Origin: Nageia nagi
Lineage: Eukaryota > Plantae > Pinophyta
Direction of reading: 5' to 3'
DNA: 64,000 bases
Assembly: GCA_050084985.1 (NCBI GenBank)
Contig: JBITNC010000001.1
Location: 49,042,001 to 49,106,000, forward strand
In this document: positions 51,001 to 64,000 of the stretch, piece by piece
Numbering within the stretch: the stretch's first letter is position 1
How the letters are laid out: the number at the start of each line of letters is the position of its first letter
Notes under the pieces: generated by a model
The model's input: only the letters and a program-made list of their open reading frames with translations
What the model was told of the DNA's origin: nothing
The model's database searches: none
Translations under genes and position numbers: made by a program

Positions 51001-53825
51001 TAGATGTTATTCAACTAAGAAACAATATTGTATCAAAAGGTTTTCTTTCCTTTGAATGATTATTTGATTTAGAATATGTTCAAAGAGCCAAAACCTTGGC
51101 TATTTAGAAGGAAAGCAACATTTATTTGGAAGTTGGGCTCAAAAAATATATAAAGATTGAATCAAAATGATCTAAAGAAGAAAAAGAGATGCTACTTTAG
51201 ATTTACCATGAGTTCACCAAGGTAATTTCCTAGACTTATGATGATCTAAAAATATATGATAAGAGTGTGATCTAATACACCATTGATCTAGAGCCAAAAG
51301 TCAAGCTATATAGGCAAAAGTAGAGATTGGTAAACCCAAGAATAGAAGAAGCCATGAAATAGGAGTTGCTAGAATTGCTATATGCTAAAATTATAAATCC
51401 TATCTTGGGTATCCAATTTAGTCCTAGTGAAAAAAAGGAAGAAGAAATTAGAATGTGTGTAAATTTTAGAAATCTAAATCAAATGTACCTCAAAGATAAT
51501 TATCCTTTTCACCCCATGGAACAAATCCTACAAATAGTAGCTAGAGCATGTTGCTTTTCAATGATTGATGGATTTTTAAGATTAAACCAAATATAGGTAA
51601 AGGATGATTATCAATATAAGATTGTATTCACTACCAAGTGTGAAACATTTGCATTTTAGATAATGCCTTTTGGTCTCTCCAATGTTGGGGTTACTTTTCA
51701 AAGATCTATGGACCATGCCTTTGGTGACTTGATAAACTAGGTAATTATGGTCTACTTAGATGAAATTACTATGTTTTTTAAAAATATAAAGGACCATATA
51801 CATCACCTTAGTCAATTTTTTGAATAATGTATGTAATTTGCGATTTCCATCAATCCAAAAAAAATCTATTTTTATGGTTAACTAAGAAAAACCACCAGGT
51901 CATATTATCTTAGAACAAGGGTTGGAAATTGATGTAGATAGAGTGAAAGCAATTGAATCATTGCCTCTACCCTACAATAAAAAGGTTTTGCAATATTTAC
52001 TTGGTCAAAATAATTTTGTTAGAAAATTTATCAGTGATTTTTCTCATATTATGTCTCCAATCACAATAATGTTAAAGAAAGATCTATTTTATTGGTTTGA
52101 AGAAGCAAAGCAAGATTTTAATGATATTAAAAAATCTATAATAGAAGCTCCTATTTTAAAAAATCCATATTTTTCAAAGGAATTTACCATATATACATAT
52201 GGAGCAAATAAAAGCATTGCAACTATTCTAGTACATAAAGATGAATAGAAGGAAGAACATTCCATTGCCTTTCAAAGTCAAACACTACACCTACATCAAA
52301 GAAGGTACTCATTTATTGAAAAGCAAGTGTTTTCCATAATGAGAGAAATTAAAAAGTTTAAGCATTATGTATCCCACAACAAAGTTCTTGTATATACCAT
52401 TCACCTAGATGTAAGAAATTATGTCATCTAAGGAAAACTAGGTGAAGGAAAATATGATTGGATCACAAGAATAATGGAGTATAATGTCGAAATTAAACCA
52501 AATAAGTTTATAAGAGGAAGAGCTCTATATGAAAACATAGCACATAATTGCTATAATTGAAGATGAAAAGCATCTCAATCAAGAAATAAATTGGATAAAG
52601 CAATTCATTTTTTATTTTAGAACTAGTAAATGTCTTAAATTTTTGGATAGGTTTCAAAGAAGGAGATTCAGGTTACATGCATTAAAGTTTTTCATGATAT
52701 ATAACCATATTTATAGGAAGAATTTTGATCAAATCTTGTAGAAGTGTGTAACTCAAGATGAAACCCAAATAATTTTACATGAATTCCATTATGGATTCTA
52801 TGGAGGACACTATAGTGGTCCTACTACAACAACAAAAATATTACAAGTAGGCTATTATTAGCCTACTTTGTTTCAAGACTCATTAAAGATAGCTTGAGAG
52901 TGTGATAAAAATAGTAGATATGTGAAAAAAGAAGACAAGATGCAATGCCTCTACCTATGGTTGTAAAATAACCTTTCCAACAATGGGGTTTAAACTTTAT
53001 TGGTGTTATTAATCCAAATTATTCAATAGGCCACAAGTTTATATTGAATGCAACAGACTATTTTACAAGATGGTCAGAAGCCATACCATGTAACAGTGCA
53101 AATCAGAAGGAAATGAATGAGATGGTAAATATATTGATCACTCACTTTGAAATTCCATAGATTATTGTATCAAATAATGGTATTGCATTTATTAGAGTTA
53201 ATTTATCATAATTTATTATTGATTATGGGATTTATTGGTTATTATCTTCAAACTATTACTTGCAAGGAAATTGGTTGGCTAAGTCAATAAATAAAAACTT
53301 AACTTATATCATCAAGAGAACCATTGAAAGAAATCCCAAGTAGTGGAACTCAAAGTTAGAATGTGCATTATGGGTTGATATAATTAGTATCAAATATACT
53401 ATCAAGACATCAACCTATACATTAGTTTATGGTAAGATACCTGTACTACCTATCCACCTTGAGTTACCTACATTAAAAATCTTATGGAAGTTCAAATACT
53501 ATGATTTCAAACCATTACAAATCAAATTTAATCAGTTTATGAAGTTGGAAGAAGATAGAAACAATGCCTATTAGGTCTTCCAACATCATTAAAATATTGT
53601 TAAAAAATAGTTCGATAAAAAGAAATCTTCTCAAGTGAAGTTTGAAGTTGGTGACATCATCCTCAAATGGGATGAAGAAAGAATAAATACCAAGAAGCAT
53701 AAAAAATTTAATTCCTTATAGAGGGGGCCCTATATAATCATGGTAATTCAAACTTTAGAATATTATTAGGTCTTGAGAGCCATCGATACCAGTAAATGGG
53801 ATCCATCTAAAACACTATCAGGTAG
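48100..53825 (+). pseudogene. gag-pol: gag-PR-aRH-RT-RH-INT of element B; start approximate
   Basis: LPKYDG..PYEHYQDV ~48260; PPPFYISL/NCMID ~49860-49920; aRH WMMLFDEA, CTNNATKYEAL, VHGDFELVINQV 50465-50830; RMCVNFRNLN; YLDE ~51754; INT TDYFTRWSEA ~53055. Confidence 0.92.
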
Positions 53826-54353
53826 TAGGGTGATTCCATAACACCCGCCAAACATGTACAATGTAAATACTCCACTATTTTTATTTTTATAATTAAAAAA
53901 AAATTGTTTTGTATATACTTTATTTGTTGTAGCTCCACTTCCCAAGGCATTAACTAGTCATTAAGGTACCATTCGCTAAGCATGGTGGAAGTTAAGTATG
54001 ATGGTTGCAAGATGTCACATCAAAGGATCAACCTCTAAAAGTAGGATTTCCTCTAGAAATTAAATGCTATCCCACTTATCATCCTTAAGACCCCACTCTA
54101 TGTGAACTTTGACATTCCTAATTCATTAATTGCCATTAATAGATAGCACTTGCAAATCCTAGGTGAATAGAACATAGTCCTCAACCTCTTGTTTCCTTAA
54201 TTAGTGAATTTTAGAGCCCAACCTTTCTAGCATTGTAGAGCATACCATTTATAGAGCTTTGTGATCTTAGTGTGAACAAGTATCAGAGCTATATTTTATA
54301 GAGGTTTTATATATTTAATGCTTACTTAAGCTACATAGAGACAACTAAATATA

Positions 54354-57300
54354 ATGGCAAGTACTAAGGAGATTGTGATATCTAAGAAAGAGGGATTGGA
54401 TGCAAACTTGGTAGCAATTTATGAGGAGCATTTGGAGAATAATCTCGATGTCAATTGGATGGAGGTGGGAGTCATGAATCAAATGGATACTTGGCAAGCT
54501 AACCCTGAAAGAATCCTATTGTAACACTAGAGGCTAGAGGTTGTAGGCAAAGGGAATTCATTGATGAGAGGAAATAATATAATGTTGGATCAGGGGTTGG
54601 CATATTATGTGCCTTATGAATCCTTCACTTGTCTAGAGCTCCTCCTTTACATTGCACTTAGGCATATCCTATAGGGTTATTTGGTTAAAGCTTACAAGGA
54701 GCAAATGGGAGAAGTAGAGTCCAATTACCAAATTAATGTATTTTTAGACTACTCCCCAAAAGTAATTGTAAATACATTCATAGTCCCTACTAATTGGAGA
54801 TTCCATATCAAGAAGCAAATTGATCTCAAGAAAGAAAGAACTAATTTTTATCAAAATGAGAATGAGATGCTGGATTAGATTAACAAAATGTATCAAGGAA
54901 GATTCAACAAGCTCATACATAGCTATGATATCACCTCCTTTGAGAAATCTTGGGACAAATAGGTCCTGTAGGCATTAGCTATCATTATTGGAAATAAGAC
55001 CCAGATTAAGGTGGATGAAGCCATGATGAGAATGGTGTATAATGTTATTAAGGCACACATCTAGTATGATTTCCCTACCTTCATCTCAAATAAGGTAAGG
55101 AAAAATATTTTCAATATCAAAAAATCTAATTTTTGGCACTCATCCTATTTATGGTGGCTCATAGTCCATCAAAAACTAGAAGCTCTAGTGGAAGGAGGGA
55201 TCTAGATTGAACTAGCTACTTTGTTTACAACACCCACACCAATTGACTTGAGAGTGCCATTGCTAACAAAGGTCCATGACTCATATTATTAGTTCATGGA
55301 GAAATGTTTTACTCTAGCTATGAGGATTCTTATGGGAATAGTCACCCATAACTGCACCAATCTATCATGGATGAGTTGCAAGGAGGAAATAACATTAGAG
55401 ATTGATATTTTTTGAAGAACCATATAATAATACTATGGTATGGGTATTTTAAATCTCCATTTTTTCTACCTAAATTTGTTACCCTATAGTTATATTCTCT
55501 AGAAATGGATAGACAAATTTGTGCTATAAAAATTAAGTATGAGTCAAGGGGTAATTTCAAACATATTATCAAAATACCTACCCAATCTATAAATTTTACT
55601 CTAATAGAAATAGGTGTATGATCAAATAGCTGATTTTATTGTAAAAAATTTTAAATTAGATACTGTAGATACCCCCTAAGTATATAACCTGGTTGGTGAG
55701 ATGAAAAGGATAATCAAATCAAATAAAAATATGCAAAATTTACCCATGAAGCCCAACTGCATGTATAATATTTTGCAAATCAAATAGAAAAAGAGGTTGA
55801 GACATCCCAAAAGTGGGAATTCAAGATTTTGGACAAGGCATGGATGGCCCTTGAAGGTGTGAAAAAGTATAAAATCTATTTGATATTAGGATTTTGCCTT
55901 GAAACTAGAGGTTGTCACCTAGTTATAGGATAAGTTGGGTTGGGGCCCCAATAAAATAGAGTATTTCATAAAATTTAGGTTTGAATACACCACCAAAGAA
56001 AATCATGTTGAAAAATAACACTTTCATGAGTTTACTTATGATTATTACTATAATTTCCAATACATGTAGGACCCACTACTTGAGATAGAAAAACTAATCC
56101 TAGCCAATTTTCAAGGAAAGGCTACAAGAGATGATCAACCATTAGAAAAGTAGGCATAGAAGCTCTAGAATCCAAGAAAAAGGAGAGAAAAATAAGCCTC
56201 AAATTAATGATATATTCAGAGAAGGAGAATAAAAATGCTAGCTACTTTTGGGGAATCTTCCCTAAAGAAATTTAAAAGAATCATGCTAGCTTCTAAGGAG
56301 AAAGAACCCCAAGAAAAGAAATAAAAATAAATGAAAATAGCTACAACTATTATATAATCCTTTCTCAAAAGGTAAAGGAGAATAAAATTAGTAATAATGA
56401 GGCTAACTCAACAAAAATAGGCCCTAAAAGCAAAATAACCTTCCCAATAGCCACCCATCATTCAACACAACTTGCTCTCATCCCTATTGATACACCAAGG
56501 AGAACCAAAAATAAGCATAGGAAATACACAGTTGTTGGATGCTAAAAATTAGAAACCCCAAAGCACTAACACCATTGTTTATCAAGATGCTCAAGAGGAA
56601 ATGAGGGATGAAGTGAAATACGGGGGAGGAAATGTACTAAGCATGGGTGGTACCATAATAGCAAGAGGTGAAGCGAGTAGATATAGAGATGATGATGATG
56701 ATAATGATTTTAATAAAAAGAAAGAATCTAGTCCAAAAGGTAGGACACCTAAAGAAGAGCCTACTGCATATGATGAAGAAGAGGAGGTACATGTAATACC
56801 CTCAATGGAGATAGCAACACAAATGCCTACCCAAAATACTCCAACATCAACCTCAGGAGTAGCTGTATCTCACCATTCTTTAATTCCTTATTCTACAACA
56901 TTGTAAAAGGAAATAAAAAGTATTTTTTATACTCTTATTAATAAAACTCTTGTGCTCTTGAAGCAATAGGAAAGAATTTTGAGTAAAATGATAGAAATGG
57001 GGAATATTAAAATTGCTTAGATGCCTTTCAAATAAGGGAAATTAGAAAAAACCCTAATGACTATTATAAATGTAAATATGCAAAGTGCTATAACTATAGA
57101 CCAATTTAGGTTTTTGCTAAACACTTCCTTGGTGTTTGGTAAGAGTCTCCAATATATGGAGAACAAAATAGAAAAGCTAAATAAGAAGATTAGCCAATAC
57201 AAAAAGGACTAATCCCAAAAAGATAAGATGATAGTCAAGCTATAAAATCAAAATAAAGAATTAATTGAAAAGTTGGTCATGTAGAAGTCTAAGCATGAAA

Positions 57301-58243
57301 AGAGCCTTCAAGAGGCTAAAGCCAAGCTATAGAATATGAAGAAATAAATTGAATACCTCAAGGCTAAAGCTATTGTAATTGAAAAATAAAAGGCTCAACA
57401 AACTGAAGAGGGATTAAAAAAGATAATAATGAAAAATAAAGTGTTAAATGATGATAAGATCAAGTTGCTAGAAATTATCAAGAATTTCAAAAAAACTTTG
57501 GTCGAAAAAATAGGAGAAAAATTGGTCAACATGTCATAGTTACATCTATTGAAGAATCAAATAGAACAAGCTATCCAACAATATAATGCTTAGACCACAC
57601 TCCAAAAACTAGCCTTATCAATCCCAAGATCAAGAATCAAAGAGATGCAGAATTGGCTTAGAGCCTTAATAGAAAAAGATTTAGTAATAATAACTCCAAG
57701 GCCTAGATAGACCATTTTGAGAAGGTTCAAAGAAATTTTTGATTTGCAAGATTTAGTGTTTGCTATGGAATTAGAAAAAAATCAATTGAAAAAAAATGGA
57801 TTTGTAAATAGATTCTTTCATTCTTTAGTTCAATTAAAAGCTCCTAAATTATGGGAAGAACTAGATGTACAAAGTAGTGCCAATCGATAGGTGGTGAATA
57901 CTAAATAATTTTTGGAATAATCATTTTTTGAAAAATAAATTTCAGACCTACAAGCAACAAGTGACTTGGCCAAGGAAGTAGTAGCAAGATTCTTATATAC
58001 TGGAAGATTGGAAAGCATGTTGATGGGCTTCAGAGAAAATATAGGAAAATTACAAGCATGCCCATTTTATCATAAGTTGATAATGAATATTTAAAGGATC
58101 TATATAAGAAACTTTAGTATCTACTTCATTCAAATTTAATTACATCATTAGACACCTCTCTAAAAGATACATTTGGGCAAGTAAGTGGAAATGGCCAATA
58201 AGGGTCCTATTCATCAACAGGTTGAACACCTTGAGATCTACTA
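54354..58243 (+). pseudogene. Extra sense ORF 3' of pol in element B, homologous to that of element A
   Basis: ATG 54354 MASTKEIVISKKEG; RD*YFLKNHIIILWYG..PFFLPKFVTL*LYSLEMDRQ ~55397-55516; acidic tract DDDDDND/EEEE; K/E-rich C-terminus. Confidence 0.75.
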
Positions 58244-58249
58244 GAAGAC

Positions 58250-60075
58250 TATTATTTTTTCAAAATCACACTTTAGAAGGGGTAAAATTACTTATATTCT
58301 TTATTCTTTCCCTTATTCATTTATTCATTCTTGAATAAAATCCTTCATTTAATTCCCACCTCTTATTTCCCTTTCTCTTATATGTAAATACTCAAGTATA
58401 TTGAGTTCTTGTTTTAAAGAGTCTTGTATATTACCAAGTCATATTTATATCATTAGATCTAGTTAGATAGATTCATTTGAAATCTCCATTTTGTAAGGTG
58501 GATGTTGTTTGCACATAAGTCTATTGTATTCATATTTGGGATCTATATATAAGCTATAGGCTAGAGAATGTCAATCTTGTAAAATTGATTAAGTCTTTTT
58601 TCGATCTTGTTACCGAATATTATTATATATAATCTATTTATGCATCCAAGAGTTAAATATGGACCTTATTTCAAGTCTTTTCACTTAGGTTTCAATCTTA
58701 TTTAATCTAAGGGTTATTACCAAGCATTATTATACCTAGTTGTTAGTACTGGTTAAGTCATATATTGGGTGCTGTCATTAGAGTTAAGTGAAATAGGGCC
58801 CATGAAAATCCAAATATGATGTCATACTTATTGATGAAAATTAATGGGCTTTAACTCCTTTCATTTCTAGATCATATAGAAGATCTCAACGATGGGAGAT
58901 ATTATAATAACAACATTTAGCATACCCCATTGAATTAGGTGATAATATCACATATTTTGTGCAAAATTTGTTGGTGGTAAGACTTCTTAGATATCCAACA
59001 AAACCTGCTAGGGTAAAATAAGATCCATTAAGCATAAATGAAGATTGTAAGAAGAAGGAAACACCTAGGTCCACTTAGTAAAGAGTATGTGACCCTTGGG
59101 ACTCTTCTAATGTGTTGACTACAACTCATTTTCATGTGGCAACATTAGTTTACCTTTATGATTGAATGATATATCTATCTTCACCCTTATAGTGGTTGCA
59201 ACTCGAAGCTACAGAACATAGATATTTAATGGTTGTAAAGAGTTAGGTGGCCATTCATTATAGAGATAGATTAATTATACCTATCAAAATGGCAAACCAT
59301 ACCTCATAAATTTAGGATAAGTCACATATTCATCATGGTCAAAGATAAAAAGTGATGAATTATATTTAGACTAGTATGAAAATTGAATACTACGGATCCC
59401 CAAGTCTTGCTAATAAATCAAGATCATACTATATAATTAACTATAATTGTAAATTACTTTGTACATATTGTATATATTTAAGTTTTCACTGTTCTTAGTC
59501 AAAGAGTTAGTTTTATTTATTAATAGTGGACAAGTATCTTTTTTCATAAATTAAGTAGTATAAATAGTGGACTGTTAGAAGTCCATAAGGTTGAATATTT
59601 TAGCAAAGTTGCTCAGTGTAAGCTCTATTTTGATATATGATAATGCAATACAATGATATTTTTCCCTCTATATTTTTTGGCTATTATCTTACTTTGTAAT
59701 TGTTATGTATGAAGTTTAGTTCTAAATTGTGGTTCTCCATTGCAATTGTGAGGCCCCAAGAGTGAGATATTTGTTCTATTCTTAATCTTGGCAATGGATT
59801 ACTACCTATGTGGTAATGCCTGGGTTAACTAGTTTTAGTTTGCTTTGTATATTGTAGATTCAATTTTTTTCTTGTTACTCTTAATCTTTTTATCTCTTTC
59901 CAGTTACTTTTGATCTATTTCATAGATAGGAACTAACCTATAATCCAAAGATTGAGCAAAAAACCCCCATAAGCATACTATCCCACCACCTTTTGCTCTT
60001 TCAAGAACCCTACTATTGTAGGCAATGGAGAACTACACTAGATCAAACCATAAGGGTACATTATACTAATAAAAA
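58250..60075 (+). repeat. 3' LTR of element B (~1.8 kb)
   Basis: Matches 46299-47769 and is followed by TSD GAGAT; termini decayed. Confidence 0.85.
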
Positions 60076-60704
60076 GAGATATTACCTCATGAATGTGAAC
60101 TCAATCTTTGATGAACTTGATGGAGATTTATGGTGAAAACCTTGAATCCTTCAAAAAATTGTCTCAAACCCTAGCAATGATCTTGGAGAAATAATGTAAG
60201 AGAAAAAATCATAAGAGAGTATAAGAGAAAATGAATTAGGAATGCATTTTCTAATTTCAAATTGAGTTATATATCTCTTGAGTGAACTTAAGGTATTTGG
60301 GCTAGATACCCACTTTTTCTCATATTTGTGTTTTAAGTCATTTTTTTGCTCTAATTTGGTATTTTGAGTATTTTGAATTTGAACAATAAACATAAGAGTA
60401 AATCAAATAATGAGTTACAACATGTCAATGTCATAAAAACATATCTTCTCAAAAGTGTTATTTTTTGGTGTCTACATTTTGCCTCTATTGAACTAGGTAT
60501 TTTGCACAAAGGAATTACTTCAATAAGTATAGATACCTGGATGTAGTTTAGAAAATATTTATAATTTGAACATTATGAAATTTGAACAAAATTTGAAGAA
60601 TTTGGAATTTAAACTTTGGATATTGAACTTTGAACAATTTGAAATAATTTGAACACTTTGAATGAATATGTAAAAACAATATGTTCATGGTGTAAAAAAC
60701 CACA

Positions 60705-61032
60705 AAAGTTTAGAACAAATATGAATAGGGATTCAAATGTAGTATTCGTGAAATTCAAATCCTAAAGAATGTATTCTTGGAGGTTTAAAAAACTAAAAAA
60801 TTGAAAAATTTAGAACAAATATGAAGAGGAATTTGAATATAGTATTCATCAAATTCGAATCTCAAACAATGTGTTCTAGGCAAATTTAGAAAAAATATGG
60901 ATAACAATTTGAATGTACTTTTCAATAATTCAAATCTAACCAATGTGTTCATGGAAAATTTGAAACAAATATGCATAGCAATTTGAATATAGTATTCATA
61001 AAAATTGAATGCTAAGCAATATGTTCTTGTAA
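60705..61032. repeat. Degenerate ~75-bp minisatellite, 4 copies
   Basis: aatttagaacaaatatg...atttgaatatagtattcat.aaatt.aat...caatgtgttc recurs at ~60707, 60807, 60883 and 60957. Confidence 0.75.
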
Positions 61033-63373
61033 GTAGGACTTTAAACAACTTATAGAGTATTTGACAATCAAATGCATCAAACCTATGCATAGCATTCATG
61101 ATGGGCTAAGCACATAGAATTACTAGCAAGCACATAGTCTTGCTTAACAATTTAAAAATTTGAACAATTTGTGTTTTTTAAAAAATTGAAATTAGGTATA
61201 AATTCGATAGCTTTGAACAATTCTACCATTTTGAAAGAAAATTTGAATAATTTTGCAAATTTTGTAATAAAATATATTTATCAAGGTAAATTTTTTGAAT
61301 TTTTGCACTTTTTGTAAAAAAGAATTCAAAAAAATTGAACAATTTGGTGGTTCTACCCCTCGAATGATATTGAATTTATCACACTGATTAGTACAAAATT
61401 GATTGAAAAATAAAGAATTTGTGTGACTTGTGAAATTTTTTGCATATTTAATGTTTTTTATTATTGTTACTCCATTATAATTTTGCAATAAAGTACAGTG
61501 TTAAAAAATACAATTTTGAATAAATTTGCATTAAGTTGGGTCCTCCCATAGGCTAAAAAGTCAAACTTAGAATTAAAAAGTAAAAAATGGTAAATAAGTA
61601 AGCAAATTACCATTTTTCACCTCATTTATTACATTTGGAAGGTGGACTTTTGGTAGAAAGTGAGTAATTGATCAAGATGGCAGCGAATGATGCACCTCCA
61701 CCTTAGATAGTCATTGGTGAACCACACCTAAGACACCAAGTAGACTCAAAAATTCAAATTACCAATTTTTTATGTAATTTTTAAAATATTTAGTGTATTG
61801 TAATTAAAAAATAGTGTAGAGATATGCATCAACTTGTTAAAAATTCAAGTTACCCCAATATGGTCATACAAACACACAATTTGAACAATTAGACTTTAGA
61901 AAATAATCCCTCAAATCAGAATCATCCAAAACAAACTAAATAAAAAAATATTTGAATTCAAAAAGACACCCAATAATAGGGTTTGACATGCATTTTTTCT
62001 CATTGTGCACAAACAGTGGGTCGAATCCAAAATCTATTCGACACCCACCTAGTTTTTTTTCCATGCATAACCTTTCCATGAAACCAAAATCTAAAAAAAC
62101 CTATCGATTTCACTAAAAACATGATTTTTCCCCCCAAAAGACATAAAACAATGATTTTTGAATTTAAATTTTGCAAATATATTCAAATTCAGGCATCAAA
62201 TTGCAAAACATATAGAAACCCACCTAGTTATTTGATCCCAATTAGGTAGCCATGAACTATATTTCATTGAAAATGGATAATTTTTATGATTGTAGCCCAT
62301 TTTTGCACTCCCAAACCTTAGGCAAAGTCTAATTTTGCAACTCAGGCTAGATGCATCGTGCATAGGGCACATGCTCCTAAGCATATTATGCTTAGGCCTA
62401 GGCACACTGCACCTAGCTTATAACCCATTTTGGGCTCTATTTTTGCTCATTTTTCAAAATTTTGACTTCCAAATTGCATGTTTGAGCATTTTTGAAGGGT
62501 TATTTCTTGAATTTAACATTTTGTAAATTGAATTGAACCTTTATTTTCACAATTTCATCAAAGTTTGTAAGGTGAATTATTTTTTTTGTCCAAAACACAT
62601 AATTTTGATTTTTTTTTTTGCAAAAATGTCAAGTTGGCTGTTGTGACTTCAAAATTTTTTTGGTTGGCATCTTAAGACACTGAAAAAATATTAAACACCA
62701 AAAAATTCATATTTCTTATTGAGTTGATGTTATGGTGTAAAATTTAGTAGTTATTCATGTTGGTTGCAAATTTGCTTTTCTTGCAAAAAAAAGTTCATCT
62801 AATGCACAATTTTGCTTAATTGTTGCACTCTTGCTTATTGAATATTGTAAAATTCATAAATTCATGAGGTAAATTTATCTAATAAGATATTAGCATGGTT
62901 TCCACTAAGACAATAATTGGTTGGCATTCTCTTGTAATTTTTGAAATGTACCTCATGTACATTTGTTGAAAAGTTTGCAAATTGTACCATGTAAGCAAGT
63001 GTTTTTAATGTGATGTTAACAATTTTTGGTACGATAATACTAGGTATAAGCTACCCCAATATGAATTGGGACATATGTTACATACACAAACTATAATTTA
63101 GTTTGGAAGTGCTATAATCAAAAATAGGTATTGGAAAAACATTTGGACATGATGAAACTCTTTGTATAGTGGATTCGATATCACAATGAAGATGAATAAC
63201 ATTTTGAAATATTTACAAATACAACTTTGGTATTTAGATAGATTAGGTGGGATGAATGGTAACATGAATGACTTAGTTGGTTTATGGTTTTTTATAGCCA
63301 AAAGAGACACTATATATGTGACATAGGTTTTGCAAGCTATATGTACAACTTCAACATGAGATTCCAGCACCAA

Positions 63374-63900
63374 TCTTATGATCCTAATGGATCATAATTG
63401 GATTATGGCTTAATCCTATTAAAATAAACTAATCTTACACTAATGAATCACTAGCACCACTTCAAGGAGGGCACCTCCTTGAGAATCACTTATCACATAA
63501 AACCAAACTCATTCATACCTTCATAATAATAGGGAAACCCCCTATAAATAGTTTTTATAGCATAAGTAACCCAATGTATAGTGCATATGGAACTAAACAT
63601 AAGTCCTATTCCTAATATCATGTTATGGGGTCATAACATTACCACTTCCTTAAGGGAGATTTATCCTCAAAGCTTCTACACACCACACATTAACAAAATG
63701 TAATACACACCACACACTTAATATAATAAGGGAATTTATAACATTCTTACCCCCTTAGACAAACTTTTTCCTCAAAGCTTTCCCAAAAATACAAAGTACC
63801 TATACAATCTGTTCATGAATAACAAGGACAAGAGAGAACTAAGGAGTCTAACTTGGCCATAGTAGCCAATGGTGCACCAAAGTTGAACATGAGCCCATCT
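63374..63900 (-). mobile_element. Second, partial copy of the gag-only element (3' LTR 63374-63638 plus adjacent internal region)
   Basis: Colinear with 5414-~5940; homology stops at ~63900. Confidence 0.9.
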
Positions 63901-64000
63901 ATAGACACCTAAATATGAATTATTATTTATTAAATAATTAATTTTAGATCCTCAATGATGTATTATATAAAAAGAGGTTAAATAATACCCAAAGCCATGT

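Larger units (their letters stand above)
46299..60075 (+). mobile_element. Full-length decayed TatII-type LTR retrotransposon, element B
   Basis: Direct repeats 46299-47769 and 58250-60075; TSD GAGAT (46294-46298, 60076-60080); tRNA-Arg PBS at 47787; order gag-PR-aRH-RT-RH-INT-extra ORF. Confidence 0.92.

Noticed and set aside
60705-61032. Repeat cluster as a CRISPR-like array
   Set aside because: Whole units are degenerate homologues without unique spacers; eukaryotic context and no cas genes.
63100-63370. GIGKT resembling a Walker A motif (NB-ARC or Helitron helicase)
   Set aside because: No upstream glycine pattern or other NTPase motifs in frame.

Overview
AT-rich, strongly CpG-depleted plant nuclear DNA with no intact gene. 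A gymnosperm origin is inferred from the TatII-type retrotransposon domain order. Most of the window is decayed, nested Ty3/Gypsy LTR retrotransposons. (1) TatII-type element A (<1-16197; gag-PR-aRH-RT-RH-INT plus a 3.9-kb extra ORF) carries a CRM-like solo LTR in gag and a 2.3-kb gag-only element in pol. (2) A full-length CRM-like chromovirus lies at 24470-30462. (3) An Ogre/Retand-type Tat element at 35312-~41877 is truncated in integrase. (4) TatII-type element B (46299-60075) has a homologous extra ORF. (5) A second, partial copy of the gag-only element sits at the right end. The first three large elements are inserted into a host array: a ~6.2-kb tandem unit, seen three times, made of a two-exon tandem-Agenet (plant Tudor-like) pseudogene placed head-to-head with an inverted, truncated copy of itself (kb-scale palindrome, ~68-nt spacer), with an LRR receptor-like fragment inside the intron. 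This array and the conserved TatII extra ORF are the most interesting structures. All alignments were made by eye, so domain boundaries are approximate and family names rest on motif recognition, not database searches.
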